Below, piece after piece: positions 1-12,756 of a DNA stretch of 63,814 bases. How positions within the stretch are numbered: the first letter of the stretch is position 1; each line of letters opens with the position of its first letter. Position numbers and translations under genes: made by a program. Source of the DNA: Felis catus (lineage: Eukaryota); contig NC_058368.1 of the NCBI RefSeq assembly GCF_018350175.1, forward strand, positions 49,290,001-49,353,814, given 5' to 3'. A model generated the notes under the pieces. It ran no database searches. It was not told the origin of the DNA and was given only the letters and a program-made list of their open reading frames with translations.

Positions 1-39
1 TGGATGCTTGGAATACATATTCGTGTGATTACTGTTTTT

Positions 40-259
40 AAACTTTAATAATATGTTTTACTTAAAACACTATATTCAAAATATTATCATTTGAACATAA
101 TATAAAAATTGACATATTTTACATCCCATTTTTATACCAAGTCTTCAAAACCCCATGTGTATTTTGTACTCACAGCATACCTCAATTTGGATTAACCCTA
201 ATTCAAGCGTTCAATTGCCACCCATGGCTATTGGTTGCCCATAAAGGACAACACAACTG
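40..259 (+). mobile_element. MER33-like hAT-Charlie MITE, 3' part
   Basis: Follows the remembered MER33 consensus: tatattcaaaatattatcatttgaaca...gtgtattttgtactcacagcatacctcaatttgga...ttcaattgccacccatggcta...ggacaacaca. Confidence 0.75.
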
Positions 260-1389
260 TAGAAAATAGCGTATGATTGATTTTTAAGGGACTAGTCCTA
301 CTCATACGCGCGTACTAGCCTAACTCTTTTGTCCCAGCTCTTACTCACCCACTGTTGAGGAACGCTCTTTTCCTACCTGGTGGTCAGCTTCACCAATCAT
401 TCTTCCTTTTTCTTATGACTGCTAGCCTTAACACTTAAAGCAATGTCTTCCCTTTCACAGCCTTGAAACTGTAACAATGTGATGCCTTATCTATGTTTAA
501 TCGAACTACCTTGTATGTAGACTTTTACTGGCCTGATGTGGCCTCTAGAACTTTGCTATTCTAGTTGCCCCATCATTTAGGATTTCTTACACTTCATGTG
601 TAAGAAACTGTCATAGGGACAAGGTTATAAAGAGGAAAGCAAGTGTAGGCAAGTTATACAATTTGTGCGTTTCTATGTATTTCTTATTCTATGCTTTCTA
701 ACTGATACAGTGAGGCTAATTTATTTTCCCTTAGCCCAGGACAAAGCAGCAACAAGACTCAAGGAAGACATTTACATAAGTTTCAGGTGGGAAAACTCAC
801 ATACACATTTGTAAAACAGTAATTTTCATTCCCAAAGACAAGGCAGATCTAAGGTTTGGAGGAAAGGAAGGGTAAAGTTACTCACCCTAGAGAAGAGGGA
901 ACAGATACAACATGATTCTTGACAATAAGAGAAAAGAAAGCATTGTTTTTTATCACATAGATCAGCGAGCTGAATGGAAAGGACCCAGGATCCAATTACT
1001 CATGTGTGTGGAGCCAGCCCTCACTATATCATTGACTGTGATCCACCATTGCCAAACAGTCTGGGACACAGGGGAGTTCCTGAGGGTGAGGAACTTGGAT
1101 AATCTGGGTGGGAACAAAGAGACAATCCCACCCCATGAGCAAGGTAGAAAGAACCAAGGAGAATGTTCCTATGAGGCAGTGCAATGGTGAACACCTCATC
1201 ACTGTTACATAACCAGTAGTTAGAAATCCAGATAAGCAAACTTTGGGTAAAGGCCAGGGAAGTTCATCAGTGAATTTTAGAGCTATGAGAATACATAAAA
1301 AGATTCTACTGTTGGAGGAATTTTGGTGCCTAGCAAAGAAATAAGACAGATACAGATCTGGGAATGGGGTGGGTGAGTCTCACTATATT

Positions 1390-1830
1390 GGTTAATGTAT
1401 GTTGGCCCACAAATGACAGAATTCCCTAACAACGACTTAAAAACCAGGTGGCATTTATTTTTTTACTTGTCATAAAGTCTGGAAGTCTTTGGCAGTGCCA
1501 AAGGACTTGGAGATGAAGGCCCAAGTATTTCCCCACCTCTGCCATCCTCCTCTTGTTAGATTTTCTACTCTAGTTTATTGCCTCAGGGTCTCAAATTAAT
1601 TGGTGAAGCTCCAGAAGAACATTCTACTCACACAAGCTCATGTATTGTCTGACAGTGGAAGAATGGAGAACAGGCCAATAGCTTGTTCCTATGAGCCTCT
1701 GTCTTTTAATCACGAGAGAAAATATTTCTGAGAAAGTCCCAGGAGATTTGTCTCACATCTTATTGGCCAGAATTAAGTCACATACCCACCCCTAGCTAGA
1801 AGGAAAATTGGAAAAGTTTAGGTGCCAAAG
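1390..1830 (-). mobile_element. Old MaLR LTR (MLT1J/K-like)
   Basis: Reverse-orientation MLT1 motifs: aacaacgacttaaaaacc...atttattttttacttgtcataaagtctgga and ttattggccagaattaagtcacatacccacccctagc. Confidence 0.6.
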
Positions 1831-3346
1831 GACAGGGTGACTTGGATCTGTTGTTGGACAATGCTCAGCCACTTGAAGTGAAGCACAAGATCAGGGCAAG
1901 GGGGTACGAACCTGACTAAATCTCCTATCCATGAAATTGGCCATGGATTTTCTTTTTTCTTTTCTTTTTTTTTTTTTCTTTTTTTCTTTGCCTGGAGACC
2001 AATTCTAGGCTGAGATCAAACCCTGAAGAGGTGTGGTGACTAGATGGCCTTGTGAGGGGAAAAAGGGAGGACTGATGACATCATCACAGGTGGCAGGACC
2101 AATTGTGAGAACATTTGGAATGCCAAGTAGAGGACTTTTTTACTTTAGTTGGATAAGGAAGACCTATTATAAATTTTTGAGAAAAGACATGGCAATAAAT
2201 TTTAAACCAGCAGCAATTTGAGGCCTGGGTTTGTGTGGAGGTTTATCAAAGCTGTCTCCACTGGGGACTCTGCAGCATGGAGTGCTTTCTTACACACCCA
2301 AAATAAGAGAGTAAGAGAGCAAAATCCACATGCTATAACCTAGAGTGTCTACACTAACCCCAAAGCAAAGTCAAGAGTGTTGGGGAAGAGTGTGAGAAAT
2401 AGGAGTAATCTGAAGCTTTCAGACTGGAGAACTTTTAGTTCACTAAATTTAAAGGTTGGCCAGTTATATGAAGCACTTTCCACACAAATATTAAGTAGTT
2501 TAAAAAGACTCAAGATTATTATTTTTTAATTCTAAAAATGAGACCACAAAAGAGCATAAATAAATTAATGGAAAAATTGAGGCTCTAGAGTTTGGTAACA
2601 GAAAACAAATTTGTAATTTGTATTATAAAGATAAAAATAGTAAAATTAAAATATCGTGTTCAAAAATCATATTTCATTTTTAAGCTGAGTGGCTCTTCTT
2701 TTTCAAGAATAACCACAAGAGAAAAGTTATAAAGGCATAGCTGATGTATATTTTTATGGTTTTGCCCTCTCTGTCTTTAGGTAGAAAAAAAAATCAAGCT
2801 TAATTATTCTATAATCATTAGAGTTTTCTCAGTCCTATTGCTCTTTGACCTTATAGCGGATTCTCCCTGGATAGTTTAATATTCTGTACCATTTAAAATC
2901 AAATTTCCCACATTGCTTCTATTTTAAAAGGTCACATAGCCATAGATATAATCACCTGATTTAAAAACCTTCAGCTTCAATGTTAAAAATATACTGCTTT
3001 TATCTTCTAATGAGATGAGTTCAGATGGTCCCAAGCAATATTTTTAAACTGTCACTTATTCCCCCATAGCTAATAAGCTGTTCTACAAGATCACAGGGTT
3101 TATTCACAAGGTTGTGTAATTTATCTTAGAAAAAAAATTCAGTATAATTGATATCAACAAAATGCAAGAGTCTTTAATATTACAGCAAATTAATATCAAT
3201 CTTTAAAATGGTGATTTATTATGAGATACAAACCAAAGTTTAAAATGATGCATACCAGTTTGCCCTTAAGCAAAGCAAACAAACATTCCTACAGAGTCAA
3301 TGCCCATTTATTCTATTTGTTTTCACTGTTCATTGCTCTTCATCAG

Positions 3347-3491
3347 AGACTATCACCTGATGTTTGGTGTACAGAACTGAGTATAATGTGATATTTAGAA
3401 GAATTGGCAGAACAGTGATTTTTCTAAGCCTGAAGATGTGTAGCACATCAGAAATAAAAACCTAGTAAGAATTATCACAACATTGTACTAT
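3347..3491 (+). pseudogene. Candidate pseudo-exon (145 nt)
   Basis: ttcattgctcttcatcag| ... |gtaagt. Frame ambiguous (RLSPDVWCTELSIM*YLEELAE... or ...DFSKPEDV*HIRNKNLVRIITTLYY); stops in all frames. Confidence 0.4.
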
Positions 3492-3574
3492 GTAAGTTTA
3501 AGAAGTTGAATTTGCTGTGATTTTTTAAACAGATTAAAAATGGTAGATACTAAATATAAACATATTTATTTGTA

Positions 3575-3782
3575 GGGACCCCTGGATGGCTCAGGCATTA
3601 AGCATCTGACTTCAGCTCAGGTCATGATCTCATGGTTCGTGAGATAGAGTCCCACATGGGATGAGCTTGAGCTCTGTTTTGGGTGAGCCCCACTTCTCTC
3701 TCTTTTCCTCCCTCTTCCCCTCCTGGAATTGTCTCTTTCTCTCTCTGCCCTTCACTCATTTGTACCCTATCTCAAAAAAAAA
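3575..3782 (+). mobile_element. Can-SINE, atypical internal variant
   Basis: tRNA-derived head gggacccctggatggctcagg...aggtcatgatctc, extra segment atgagcttgagctctgttttgggtgagccccac, CT-rich region, A tail. Confidence 0.85.
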
Positions 3783-4914
3783 TTCTACACCTATATCTTT
3801 ATTTTATCTGTATCTGTACCTATATCTATATAATTTGTACTAAACAGTGAGCAACACCTTACCAGAAATTTATTTAAATTTACTAAGTGTTACTGCAACT
3901 GCTATTAGGTCCAGAAACTGTGGGATAATACTGATATGAAAGACATGTGGCTCATATATTTGTAAAATGCTAGTTGGGTTAGGAGAGCCCTGAATTGTGG
4001 CTGACGTATGGTCTAACAAAGCTGTAATGTACTATTTGAGCTCGGGAAGTTATGATTTCCATGAAGACTGATTCCTCTGATCACTTCAAAAAATTTCCAA
4101 CTAAAAAAAACAAAAAACAAAAAAAAAACAAGCTTTTTTTTTTCACCCAACCTATTGTGTAGAACATTTTGGTTGACTTTCCAGTTGTGAAAGTTAATGT
4201 CTATGTATCATAACAAAAAACCTTTTTTGGCTCTAGTAGTCAAAGATGGTTGACTTGACACAGCTGTGGTGAGTTTGGACCCCGATTTGTCCATCCCTTC
4301 CTGGATTCCCACGAGCAGAGTTAACTGAGATGCTTGGCAAGGCCAAAGCTGTCACATATTCTGTGTCCCCAACACAGAGACTGAGTTTTTAGCCTTAAGT
4401 GCACCCAGGATAACCTCTGTCCAGAGAATATCAACACACAGCAGAATGTTCCAACCTGGTAGTCTCCTCACTGCAGACACAGGAATACAATTCTAAACCC
4501 CGGGTGTCATTTACCTTAGCTTCCTTTGTCTTGTCCAAATCTGTAAGGCAAAGGATTTATTCCTGCTCCATCATCCCACTTTTTTCTTCCCCAACTGTAA
4601 TTATAATTAACAGTAATAATAGTCGGTCTTCATAGTTCTGTGATTGAACCAGGCATTTTGATGGATAGGTTTCAGAGAAATCTCAATTTTGCCTAGACCT
4701 CATGAAATGAAGGACTCTAACTAAAGAGGATTTTACTTTTCTCCAGTCCAGCACAGCAATACCAGAAGATTGTTGGGAAATTATCTTGTAAGATTTTCTG
4801 TTTTGCAGTGTGTTTATGTCATCCTAACTCCCTGTTGCATGAAGAATAAAATTCAGGGGCTGCAAATTTAGATAATATATACCCCAGTTAGTAGTATAAT
4901 GGGTGTGAGGCCTT

Positions 4915-5035
4915 CTCAAGTCCAGCCTCTCTGTTTACGTGCAAGAAAACAGAGGCCCTGAGAGTTATAGCCATTTGACAGAGGACACACTAGTAGTAAA
5001 CTGAGGGGCCCAAGCCAGGGCCTTCTGACCCCCTG
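4915..5035 (-). mobile_element. MIR fragment
   Basis: MIR core-like tttacgtgcaagaaaacagaggccctgagag...gacacactagtag. Confidence 0.6.
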
Positions 5036-5649
5036 TACAATAAATATCACACAACTGCTCCTGATCTCTTCCTGTACCACTATCATATAAATTAACTTTT
5101 TTTAACTTGATATAAAAAAGGCAGTTTTGACTATTTTTATGCAACTATTAAGTCAGCTCTCTCCATTGCAGTTAATCAGGGTCTGAGGAGATATTGCAAT
5201 TTTGACAAAGTGGGCAGGAAAGATCACCTGCTTAGGGGTACGGAGAGCATCACTGTTGAAGACAGCAAGATATTAAGCAAGACAGAAGGTATTAACAGAC
5301 CAACATTCCAATTTGCCTTTTCTTCTCATTCTCCTGCTCCTTAGAGGGGAAAGAGGATATTAGAAGGAGAATAGTATAGCCCATATTTTAGATCACTGTT
5401 GGAGGAAAAATAATCAAAGTTCATACCCACAGGATCTTAGAAAGAAATAGTTATAAAAACCACTTTGAAGAATCTAGAGCTTCTCATTTATTGAACAAAC
5501 TGTTTTCTAGTAGAATGCATAACTGAAACAGAGGGTGTACTAGCCTCCTACTTGTATTTGCTCGATGAACCTGGTCACATCCAGTTCACATACTTGTTTC
5601 CCATTTGATTTCTGGGAGTATACAGTACACAACTTTTCACATAGTTTAT

Positions 5650-5904
5650 AGACTCCTTTTGTTGCAAGTGACAAAAACAAAAACAAAAGTCCTCATGCCT
5701 CTTAGTCGAAAAAGGAGGGAACTTTGCATACAGCCCTTCTGTGGAAAGGGCCAGAATTTGGCCCCAAGGGCAACTGAATGCAGGGATTCAACTATTTTCC
5801 AGATATTTCTCTTTCTCTTCACTGCCTGTCTCTACTTTTCTCTGAAAGGAAGTGTCATATTCTGCTACAACATAGGCTACAGTCTATATATATATACATA
5901 TATG

Positions 5905-5936
<32 letters not shown>

Positions 5937-6170
5937 TATATACATATACATACATACATACATACATACCAGCAACTCTGGAGTTATATCCTTAGAGCCT
6001 TGCCAAAGGGAGAAAAGAAAATCCTACCAATTTAACTGACGTAGACAAATCCTCAGGAAAGTTTCTGTTTGTCCTAGCTTGAATCATGTGCCCACTTTGA
6101 ACCAGTCACTCTAAACAAAATGTTTGAGTAGTCTGCTGGTCTTAACTTTAGCCATGTGTCCACCCCTGCC
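5650..6170 (-). mobile_element. Old MaLR LTR (MLT1K/L-like) containing a TA microsatellite
   Basis: agactccttttgttgcaagtgacaaaaac... and gcttgaatcatgtgcccactttgaaccagtcact...gccatgtgtccacccctg. Confidence 0.55.
5885..5969. repeat. (TA)n/(TACA)n microsatellite
   Basis: Directly visible. Confidence 0.95.
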
Positions 6171-6265
6171 ACCAGCAGATAGAGTTTTTACCAGAATAAG
6201 TTAAAGTAGCACAGATATGACCACTTTAAGAACCCAAAGCATATTAATTATCCCAGTTTGCATGT

Positions 6266-6480
6266 AATAATAGCTAACAGCCAACACTTACTGGATGCTT
6301 ACCATATTATTGCTTACAGTCTAAACACTTTACACTTACTAATATTTTAATCCTCGTTGTCCAATGAGGTAGGATCTATTATTATTCGTACATTAGAAGA
6401 AACTGAAGCCCACTGGGGTTAAATAATTTGTCCAGGCCACACAGCTAAGTGGAAGAACTATCGCAGGTTGGCCCAGGGCA
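6266..6480 (-). mobile_element. MIR (MIRb-like)
   Basis: aataatagctaac...ttttaatcctc...atgaggtagg...gaaactgaagcc...ggttaaataatttgtccaggccacacagctaagtgg. Confidence 0.8.
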
Positions 6481-6539
6481 TATACTATTAACTTGCACAA
6501 CATATCTCTACATCCTAGAGCCCACTGGCAAACTTGTAC

Positions 6540-7260
6540 TCCTATCTTTAGAGATGCTTCCTTTATTATCTCTGGTATTTAGGGGCACTTTCTTATTTTC
6601 AGCCAACTCATTCATTTTAACTCTTTATTCCACTCCCTTTGTCTTCTTCAGGGACTTATCCACCGACCATTCCCTTCTTTACCAGTATCGTTAAGCCCTT
6701 CCATTCTACTAGATCATCTTTCAGTTTTACCAACACCCATAATCTCTTTACCTGTATCATTCGATCTTTGTAAAGCAATATTTTTTCTTAATTGTACTCA
6801 ATGCCTCCACTTAATTATCTTTTTCCCCTTTCCCTGCAAACCACCATACCTGTCACCTGCCTTACCCCCTCTTTTACACGCTATTCTAGTGACAATTTCA
6901 TCACAGGTGTTACTACCATTGAGTTCCCAAAGGCTAAATCTAGTGGATTAAACTAGATTTTACTTCTGGTCCACCAAACGTTCTTTTTCCCTCATTTTGT
7001 GAAACTCGGTGTTCCTCCCAAACCTAAGAATATTCCCTTTTGTTATTTTTTTTACCTATTCTTCTTTGGCCTCTCCTTAAATGATAACTTCTCTAGGGTT
7101 CTGTTCTTTGCTTTTGTGTTTCCTTTCTCTGTGAGAGCTCCTTAGGAATTCTCACACAGACCTATGGTTCTAAGCCCCATCTCCATGCTGGAGGTGCATA
7201 GGTCTAATTCTAAAGCTCTTCTCCCTGAATTTTGATTTCTTTTAATATCTTCACTTGGAC
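6540..7260 (+). mobile_element. L2 LINE fragments
   Basis: Pyrimidine-rich L2-like text, e.g. ggctaaatctagtgga and cctatggttctaagccccatctccatgctg. Confidence 0.45.
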
Positions 7261-7264
7261 CTTA

Positions 7265-7660
7265 TCTTGTAAAGTCATAAGAGATCCAGTGAATAGCTTT
7301 AAGCAGTATGGAAGATCAGATGTTCATCTATAAAGAAAGAAAACACTTAGGAAGCAACATAAGGCCTGAGTTGGGATTCTTAGATTACTTAAGAAGATAT
7401 TGAAATAGTGCTGAGATCATGAAACAATGAATTAGAACACTTTGGATGGAGAAAAAGGATGTGTGAACTATTTCAGACACCAGTAGACTAAATTTGGTAA
7501 TTGACTGAATGTACGGGCAAGATGACAGTGCTTGGGAGAGACTTCTGGATTTGACTTAAATAATTGGATGAATGGTGATGACATAAAACAAGACTAGAAT
7601 ACAAAAATAAGAACAAGCTCTGACAGGGAAAATAATAAATGTAGCTGTAAGACTGAGTCC
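7265..7660 (-). mobile_element. L2 LINE fragment
   Basis: Purine-rich L2-like text: gctttaagcag...tcagatgttcatct...ttggtaattgactgaatgt...aataattggatgaatggtgatg. Confidence 0.5.
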
Positions 7661-8216
7661 TTTTTTCTTTTCTGCCCGCCATTCTAAGCATGCATTATAT
7701 TTACCTTAGCATGTATGAGCTCTGGGTTCATCCTTATGTCTGCTGGATAGAGATCATATAACTCCCTTACAAAGCTGGGAAGGGAAACATTTTAAGAAAA
7801 GCAAATGCAGGAAAAATTAGCTGCTACTCCAGGAAGGATTCTTTAGGTTAAAGCACACTATCTGGTCCCAGAGCAAATGAATTTCTAGCTACTTGTTCAC
7901 TGTAGCTCTCTGATACAAAGGCTTCTCCTTCCCTGTTTGCCCAGCCCCTAGTCCCTGTATCAACTTTAATCATTAACCTTTGTTCCCCCTTGCTCACCAA
8001 ACTCCCTTTTACTACCTGTTTGTTTAAAACAAAAACAGAAACAGAACTCTTGATATCATCGATCTATTTTGGGTACTGTTAACTACTTTAGTGCTTTATT
8101 TTGAGGGACTATGGTCTTTATTTCTTTTCATCTATTCTCTTCAACATTCCTCCACACAGCTGATACTGGATCAGCTCCCAGCCCCAAACTGGAACTATAC
8201 ATTTTGTTTTTCACAG

Positions 8217-8257
8217 ATACAATGAAGTTTGGGCCAAATATTCCTTGCCTTAGTATG
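8217..8257 (+). pseudogene. Candidate pseudo-exon (41 nt)
   Basis: attttgtttttcacag| ... |gtaatc; frame ambiguous. Confidence 0.35.
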
Positions 8258-9007
8258 GTAATCCCTTTATAAGTTGCATATGTTCACTGAAACAATGTTC
8301 TAAACCTGGCTGGTGTTAATATTGTTCTCACAATACTAATGCCCTAAAAAAAAAAAAAAAAAAAAAAAAAACAACCATAACTAGTGCTACATATGACTGA
8401 GACAGATATAGATTGAATTACTGAACAAACTCCATGTGGCTTTATAATGCATATGACAAGCCATTCTTTGGCTTTTAATTGTGTCACAGGCATGGAACAA
8501 AGAAACGGATTTGGGAACAGAATAAATCATAACTCTACATAAAGGCAGAGTCCACTGGAATTCCATCAATGTTCTGAACCACCCCATGTAATTTCCTTGT
8601 GCCATGGCCCATTGCTTTATATGAGGAAGCTATTCCTCTTTTCTCAAATGCACATGTCTGGGAGGAGGGCACAGTCTGTAAGGAATATGCATTGACCTTC
8701 ATGAATTTACTCATGAGTTTACTCATTCATCCTCAGGGTTTGGCTAATGGCAGTGTTTATAGCACCTTGTGATTGTGAATTGGTGGTAGAGATCGAGATC
8801 TTGTGACCTACTATACAAGTAGGCAAGAAGAATATAATACCACCAATAATACAAAACAAACTTCCAGATTTATAAAGATGGAATTTAAATTTCATATGTA
8901 TCTATAAATTTGATTGATAAACCCCTGCCACAACATCTACCAAGTCTGAATTCCATTCTCTGGTTTCTTCTCTTCAACGACAATTTAATTTTATATAATC
9001 TTGATAG

Positions 9008-9072
9008 AAATATTTGGGAGCTGGAAGACTATACAACTGATCTTCACAGGATCTGAAGGCTCCCAACGAAAG
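9008..9072 (+). pseudogene. Candidate pseudo-exon (65 nt)
   Basis: ttttatataatcttgatag|; donor would have to be mutated (|gaaaca). Frames read NIWELEDYTTDLHRI*RLPTK or IFGSWKTIQLIFTGSEGSQRK. Confidence 0.3.
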
Positions 9073-9335
9073 GAAACATAATTTAATGTTTTTCTAAAAA
9101 AGGAACTACTAAATTATTTTTATAAACCTTTGGGTACAATCCTCAGAAAACAGAAAATTACTTTCCTGAATAAAATATTTTTAAAATTTCTTGTTTAAAA
9201 AGCATTTTATGAATGAATTCTGTTTCTTTAATATTTAAAAATAAGAACAAATGATGACTACTTTCTCAATTTTGAAGTGAAAGCAATTCAAATCTACAAT
9301 ACATAAATATGAGCCTAAGCATATTATTCCAGCAC

Positions 9336-9405
9336 TTTTTCTTTTCTTTTTTTTTTAAGTTTGTTTATTTATTGAGAGAGAGGGAGATCACGGGAGAGGG
9401 GGAGG

Positions 9406-9451
<46 letters not shown>

Positions 9452-9582
9452 CTGGAGCAGGCTCTGCACCATCAGCGCAGAGCCCAATGAGGGGCTTGAA
9501 CCCACTAACTGCGAGATCATGACCTGAGCCAAAATCAAGAGCTGGCCGATCAACCCACCTGCTGGAGCCACCCAGGAACCCC
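9336..9582 (-). mobile_element. Can-SINE with expanded (GA)n tract
   Basis: Poly-T, tttatttatt, (GA)n, gagatcatgacctgagcc...gagccacccaggaacccc. Confidence 0.95.
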
Positions 9583-10230
9583 ACTTTGAAAGCACCTTCA
9601 TATTGCTACTTTTAGCACATTGAAAAAGCACTTCCCCTGGCTCAAAAACACAGCTCATTCACAAAAAAAAATATCCTTTGAAGCTATGCCCATAAAAAGC
9701 ATTAGTAGGAATCCTGCAGCTCCTGAGCATGCCTCCAAGACTGTTTTAATGATTATAATGTCCTGAGTGACTGACGCCTATACATGAAATCTTAATTCCT
9801 GCTCTGAGCCTTACCGATTTTATCCAAGAACTAATAGTGTTAGTGTAAACATACCCTAAAGGATCAGACTTGCTAATGCACATTTAATTCTTTCCATGGA
9901 TGACCATCTCCCTTGAGAATGCTATCCAATCATAAAAGTAACAAAGATTTTTAGCCAGGATCTGACACTGAATATAGAATAAGTGAAGAATGAGATAGCT
10001 GGGTTTTGATCACAGCCCTTACCAAAATCCCTTTACTGCTGGGATTCTTGGTTAACTGAAGCTCATCATTTCTAATCTAGAGAAATGCAGGAGGCCCTGA
10101 GGCCCAAATAGGAGAAAGTTATGTGGCCAATATGGTAAATACGTCTCTAAAAGAAAAAATGTCCTTACTTAAGAGATGAACTGAGAAGTTAGTGCTCACC
10201 AAAATTTTGTTGTCTTAGAAAGAAACCATC

Positions 10231-10458
10231 GGGGCGCCTGGGTGGCGCAGTCGGTTAAGCGTCCGACTTCAGCCAGGTCACGATCTCGCGGTCCGTGAGT
10301 TTGAGCCCCGCGTCAGGCTCTGGGCTGATGGCTCAGAGCCTGGAGCCTGCTTCCGATTCTGTGTCTCCCTCTCTCTCTGCCCCTCCCCCGTTCATGCTCT
10401 GTCTCTCTCTGTCCCAAAAATAAATAAACGTTGAAAAAAAAATTTTTTTTTTAAAAAA
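10231..10458 (+). mobile_element. Young felid Can-SINE (SINEC_Fc type)
   Basis: CpG-rich ggggcgcctgggtggcgcagtcggttaagcgtccgacttcagccaggtcacg; perfect 14-bp TSD agaaagaaaccatc (10217-10230, 10459-10472). Confidence 0.97.
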
Positions 10459-11237
10459 AGAAAGAAACCATCATTATTGTTTATACTCCCTGAAGGTGCC
10501 CTCCCTTTACTACTAAGCTTAATGTAAAAGAAAATATAAACTCCGTTAGCAGCATAACTGAATAGTTCTACACTGAATGCTTTTTATTGCAGGGAAATGG
10601 CAATTCTCAGGAGTTTTTCAGTATGGTCTCTAAGAGCATTCACTCATTTATTAGGACAGTACTAAATAATTATTTGGAATGAAAATACTAGGGTATCAAA
10701 GCTTTTTAAAATTATGACACAGGAATAATGCAAATTTGTTGATAGTAAATAAAGTAGATGTTTTGCCTAAAGACTGGGCTCTAAGTTAACCTCATCATCA
10801 TTAACAATTTTTATTTTAGGGGTATTTTTTTTTCCATCTGAAGATATCAGTAAAGGAGAAAAATCATCTCACTTAATGAAGCTAGCTCTCTTTTTGAGAG
10901 ATATAATTGTCACAATCATGAACTTGGATTTACATGTATAAAAGGATTCTCTGCCTACACTTAAAAAATGAAATCACCTGTGTCTTTTATTCACCAACCC
11001 CCCTCTTCTCCATTCCTGAAAGGACTATAACAGTCCTTCCCCAACACTCACTAACGCTAGGCTCAATGGAATGTGTGTCAGTTACCCTGACTTCTGCTCT
11101 TACTGAGCTTTGAGTTAACATACAATTTAAGTGTCCATGGTGCCCCTGACCACTGACCTGACAGCCAGCTGTATAACAGGACACTTCTAAAATAACTATA
11201 AAGAATAAAGTATAAACCACTTCACTGAAAAATAAAC

Positions 11238-11432
11238 TTTCTTTTTTTTATTTTTTAAGTTTATTTATTTATTTTGAGAGACAGCACAAGTAGGGGAAGG
11301 GCAGAGAGAGAGAGTGGGAGACCCTCTGCCAGCACAGTCTGCTGTGGGGTTCAAACTCAACAAACCATTGAGATCATGACTTGAGCCAAAATACAGTCAT
11401 ACACTTAACTGACTGAGCCACCCAGGTGCCCC
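11238..11432 (-). mobile_element. Can-SINE with internal deletion
   Basis: Poly-T/tttatttattt...gagatcatgacttgagcc...gagccacccaggtgcccc. Confidence 0.92.
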
Positions 11433-11702
11433 AGTAAACTTATTTTCTTAAGGCATACTACTACTAGGCCAGGATTTTGTTTTCATTGGGCTTAGAGGCA
11501 AGTTCAACAAATACTTTTGTCTTTTAACATACTCTTTGCCTTTATTACTCATTGCCTTAACAATTATCTCTCCAAAGTCAAGTGAGTTAATTACTTTAAT
11601 TACTAATAGTTACTTTAAAAAATGAACACAATTGCTTGAGTGTAACTGAAAAAGTATATGGATGCATTCAGAATCTGGCCTAATTAGAAATAAAATTACC
11701 TC

Positions 11703-12225
11703 TGCGATGGTCAATTTTATGTGTCAACTATGCTACACCACAAGATGCCCAGATAGCTGGTTAAACATTACTTCTGTTTGTGAGGGTATCTCTGGAAGAG
11801 ATCAGCATTTGAGTCAGTACACTGAGAAAGGATATGGCACCTCGCTAATGTGGATGGGCATCACCCAATCCCTGGAAGGCTTGAATAGAGCAAAAAGGCA
11901 AAGGAAGGTTGAATCTGATTATCCCTGCCTGATCATTTGAGCTAGGACATAGATTTCCAGTCCCTTGATGCTCCTGGTTCTCAGGCCTTAGACTCAGACT
12001 AGAATTAAAATCATAAGTTCTCAGGTCTTCGAACTACACATGGGCAACCTTCTTAGGTCTCCAGTTTGCAGTTTACAGAAGGCAGATAGTGAGACTTCTC
12101 AGCCTCCATAATCATGTGAGTCAATACCTTATAATAAATCTCTTTATATATGTGATATATAAAGAGATATCACATATATTTATCTATATCTTATTGGGTC
12201 TTTTTCTCCGGAGAACCTTAATACA
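11703..12225 (+). mobile_element. ERVL solo LTR (MLT2 family)
   Basis: Begins tgcgatggtcaattttatgtgtcaact, has aataaa at ~12133, ends ggagaaccttaataca; matches MLT2 termini. Confidence 0.9.
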
Positions 12226-12756
12226 CCCATACACCCTCCATTTGGAATTCTATTTTCCTTCCAAATCTGTAGAGGTTATCAGTGGGACCAATGAAGTGAG
12301 TGCCACCAAAACACGGCACATCCACAACCATCCCAACCACAGTCACCTCTCCTCTGCCAAGTGCCCTCCCAAAACCAAAGGACAAATTCATCACCAATTA
12401 CACTGCTCTTCTGCATCCCACTTGTTGGGTCATTGGGTTTTCAGGCCTCACAGAAAAGTTACCTAAGTGCATGGCTTCAGGAACTTTATATTATTTATTC
12501 AATAGTTCACTGTCACTAGATATTCTTCTATTTGAAATTAGAACATGCTAATGTCTTCTGCACCTTACCAGATGATTACTTTTGTGCAGGAAAAGACTAC
12601 CTTTAGTCCCAAAAAACTAGCCAATCATCCAACAACCATGGCAATCTCTGAGATGCTAATCAAATTTCAAATTCTATTTGAGAATTAAAGAGAATTACAA
12701 TGGACTGGTGTGTTTATCCCCTGGAGTTCCCTTTGTTTTTGTCAAAGGGGACACAT

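Noticed and set aside
5605-6039. 144-aa ORF, the longest in the track
   Set aside because: Kept open by the (TA)n microsatellite inside an LTR; low-complexity IY repeats.
9309-9658. Overlapping ORFs with RERE/LSLS runs (also at 14724, 26015, 28651, 38418, 39733)
   Set aside because: Translations of Can-SINE bodies.
10231-10310. tRNA-like A/B boxes
   Set aside because: These are Can-SINE heads, not tRNA genes.
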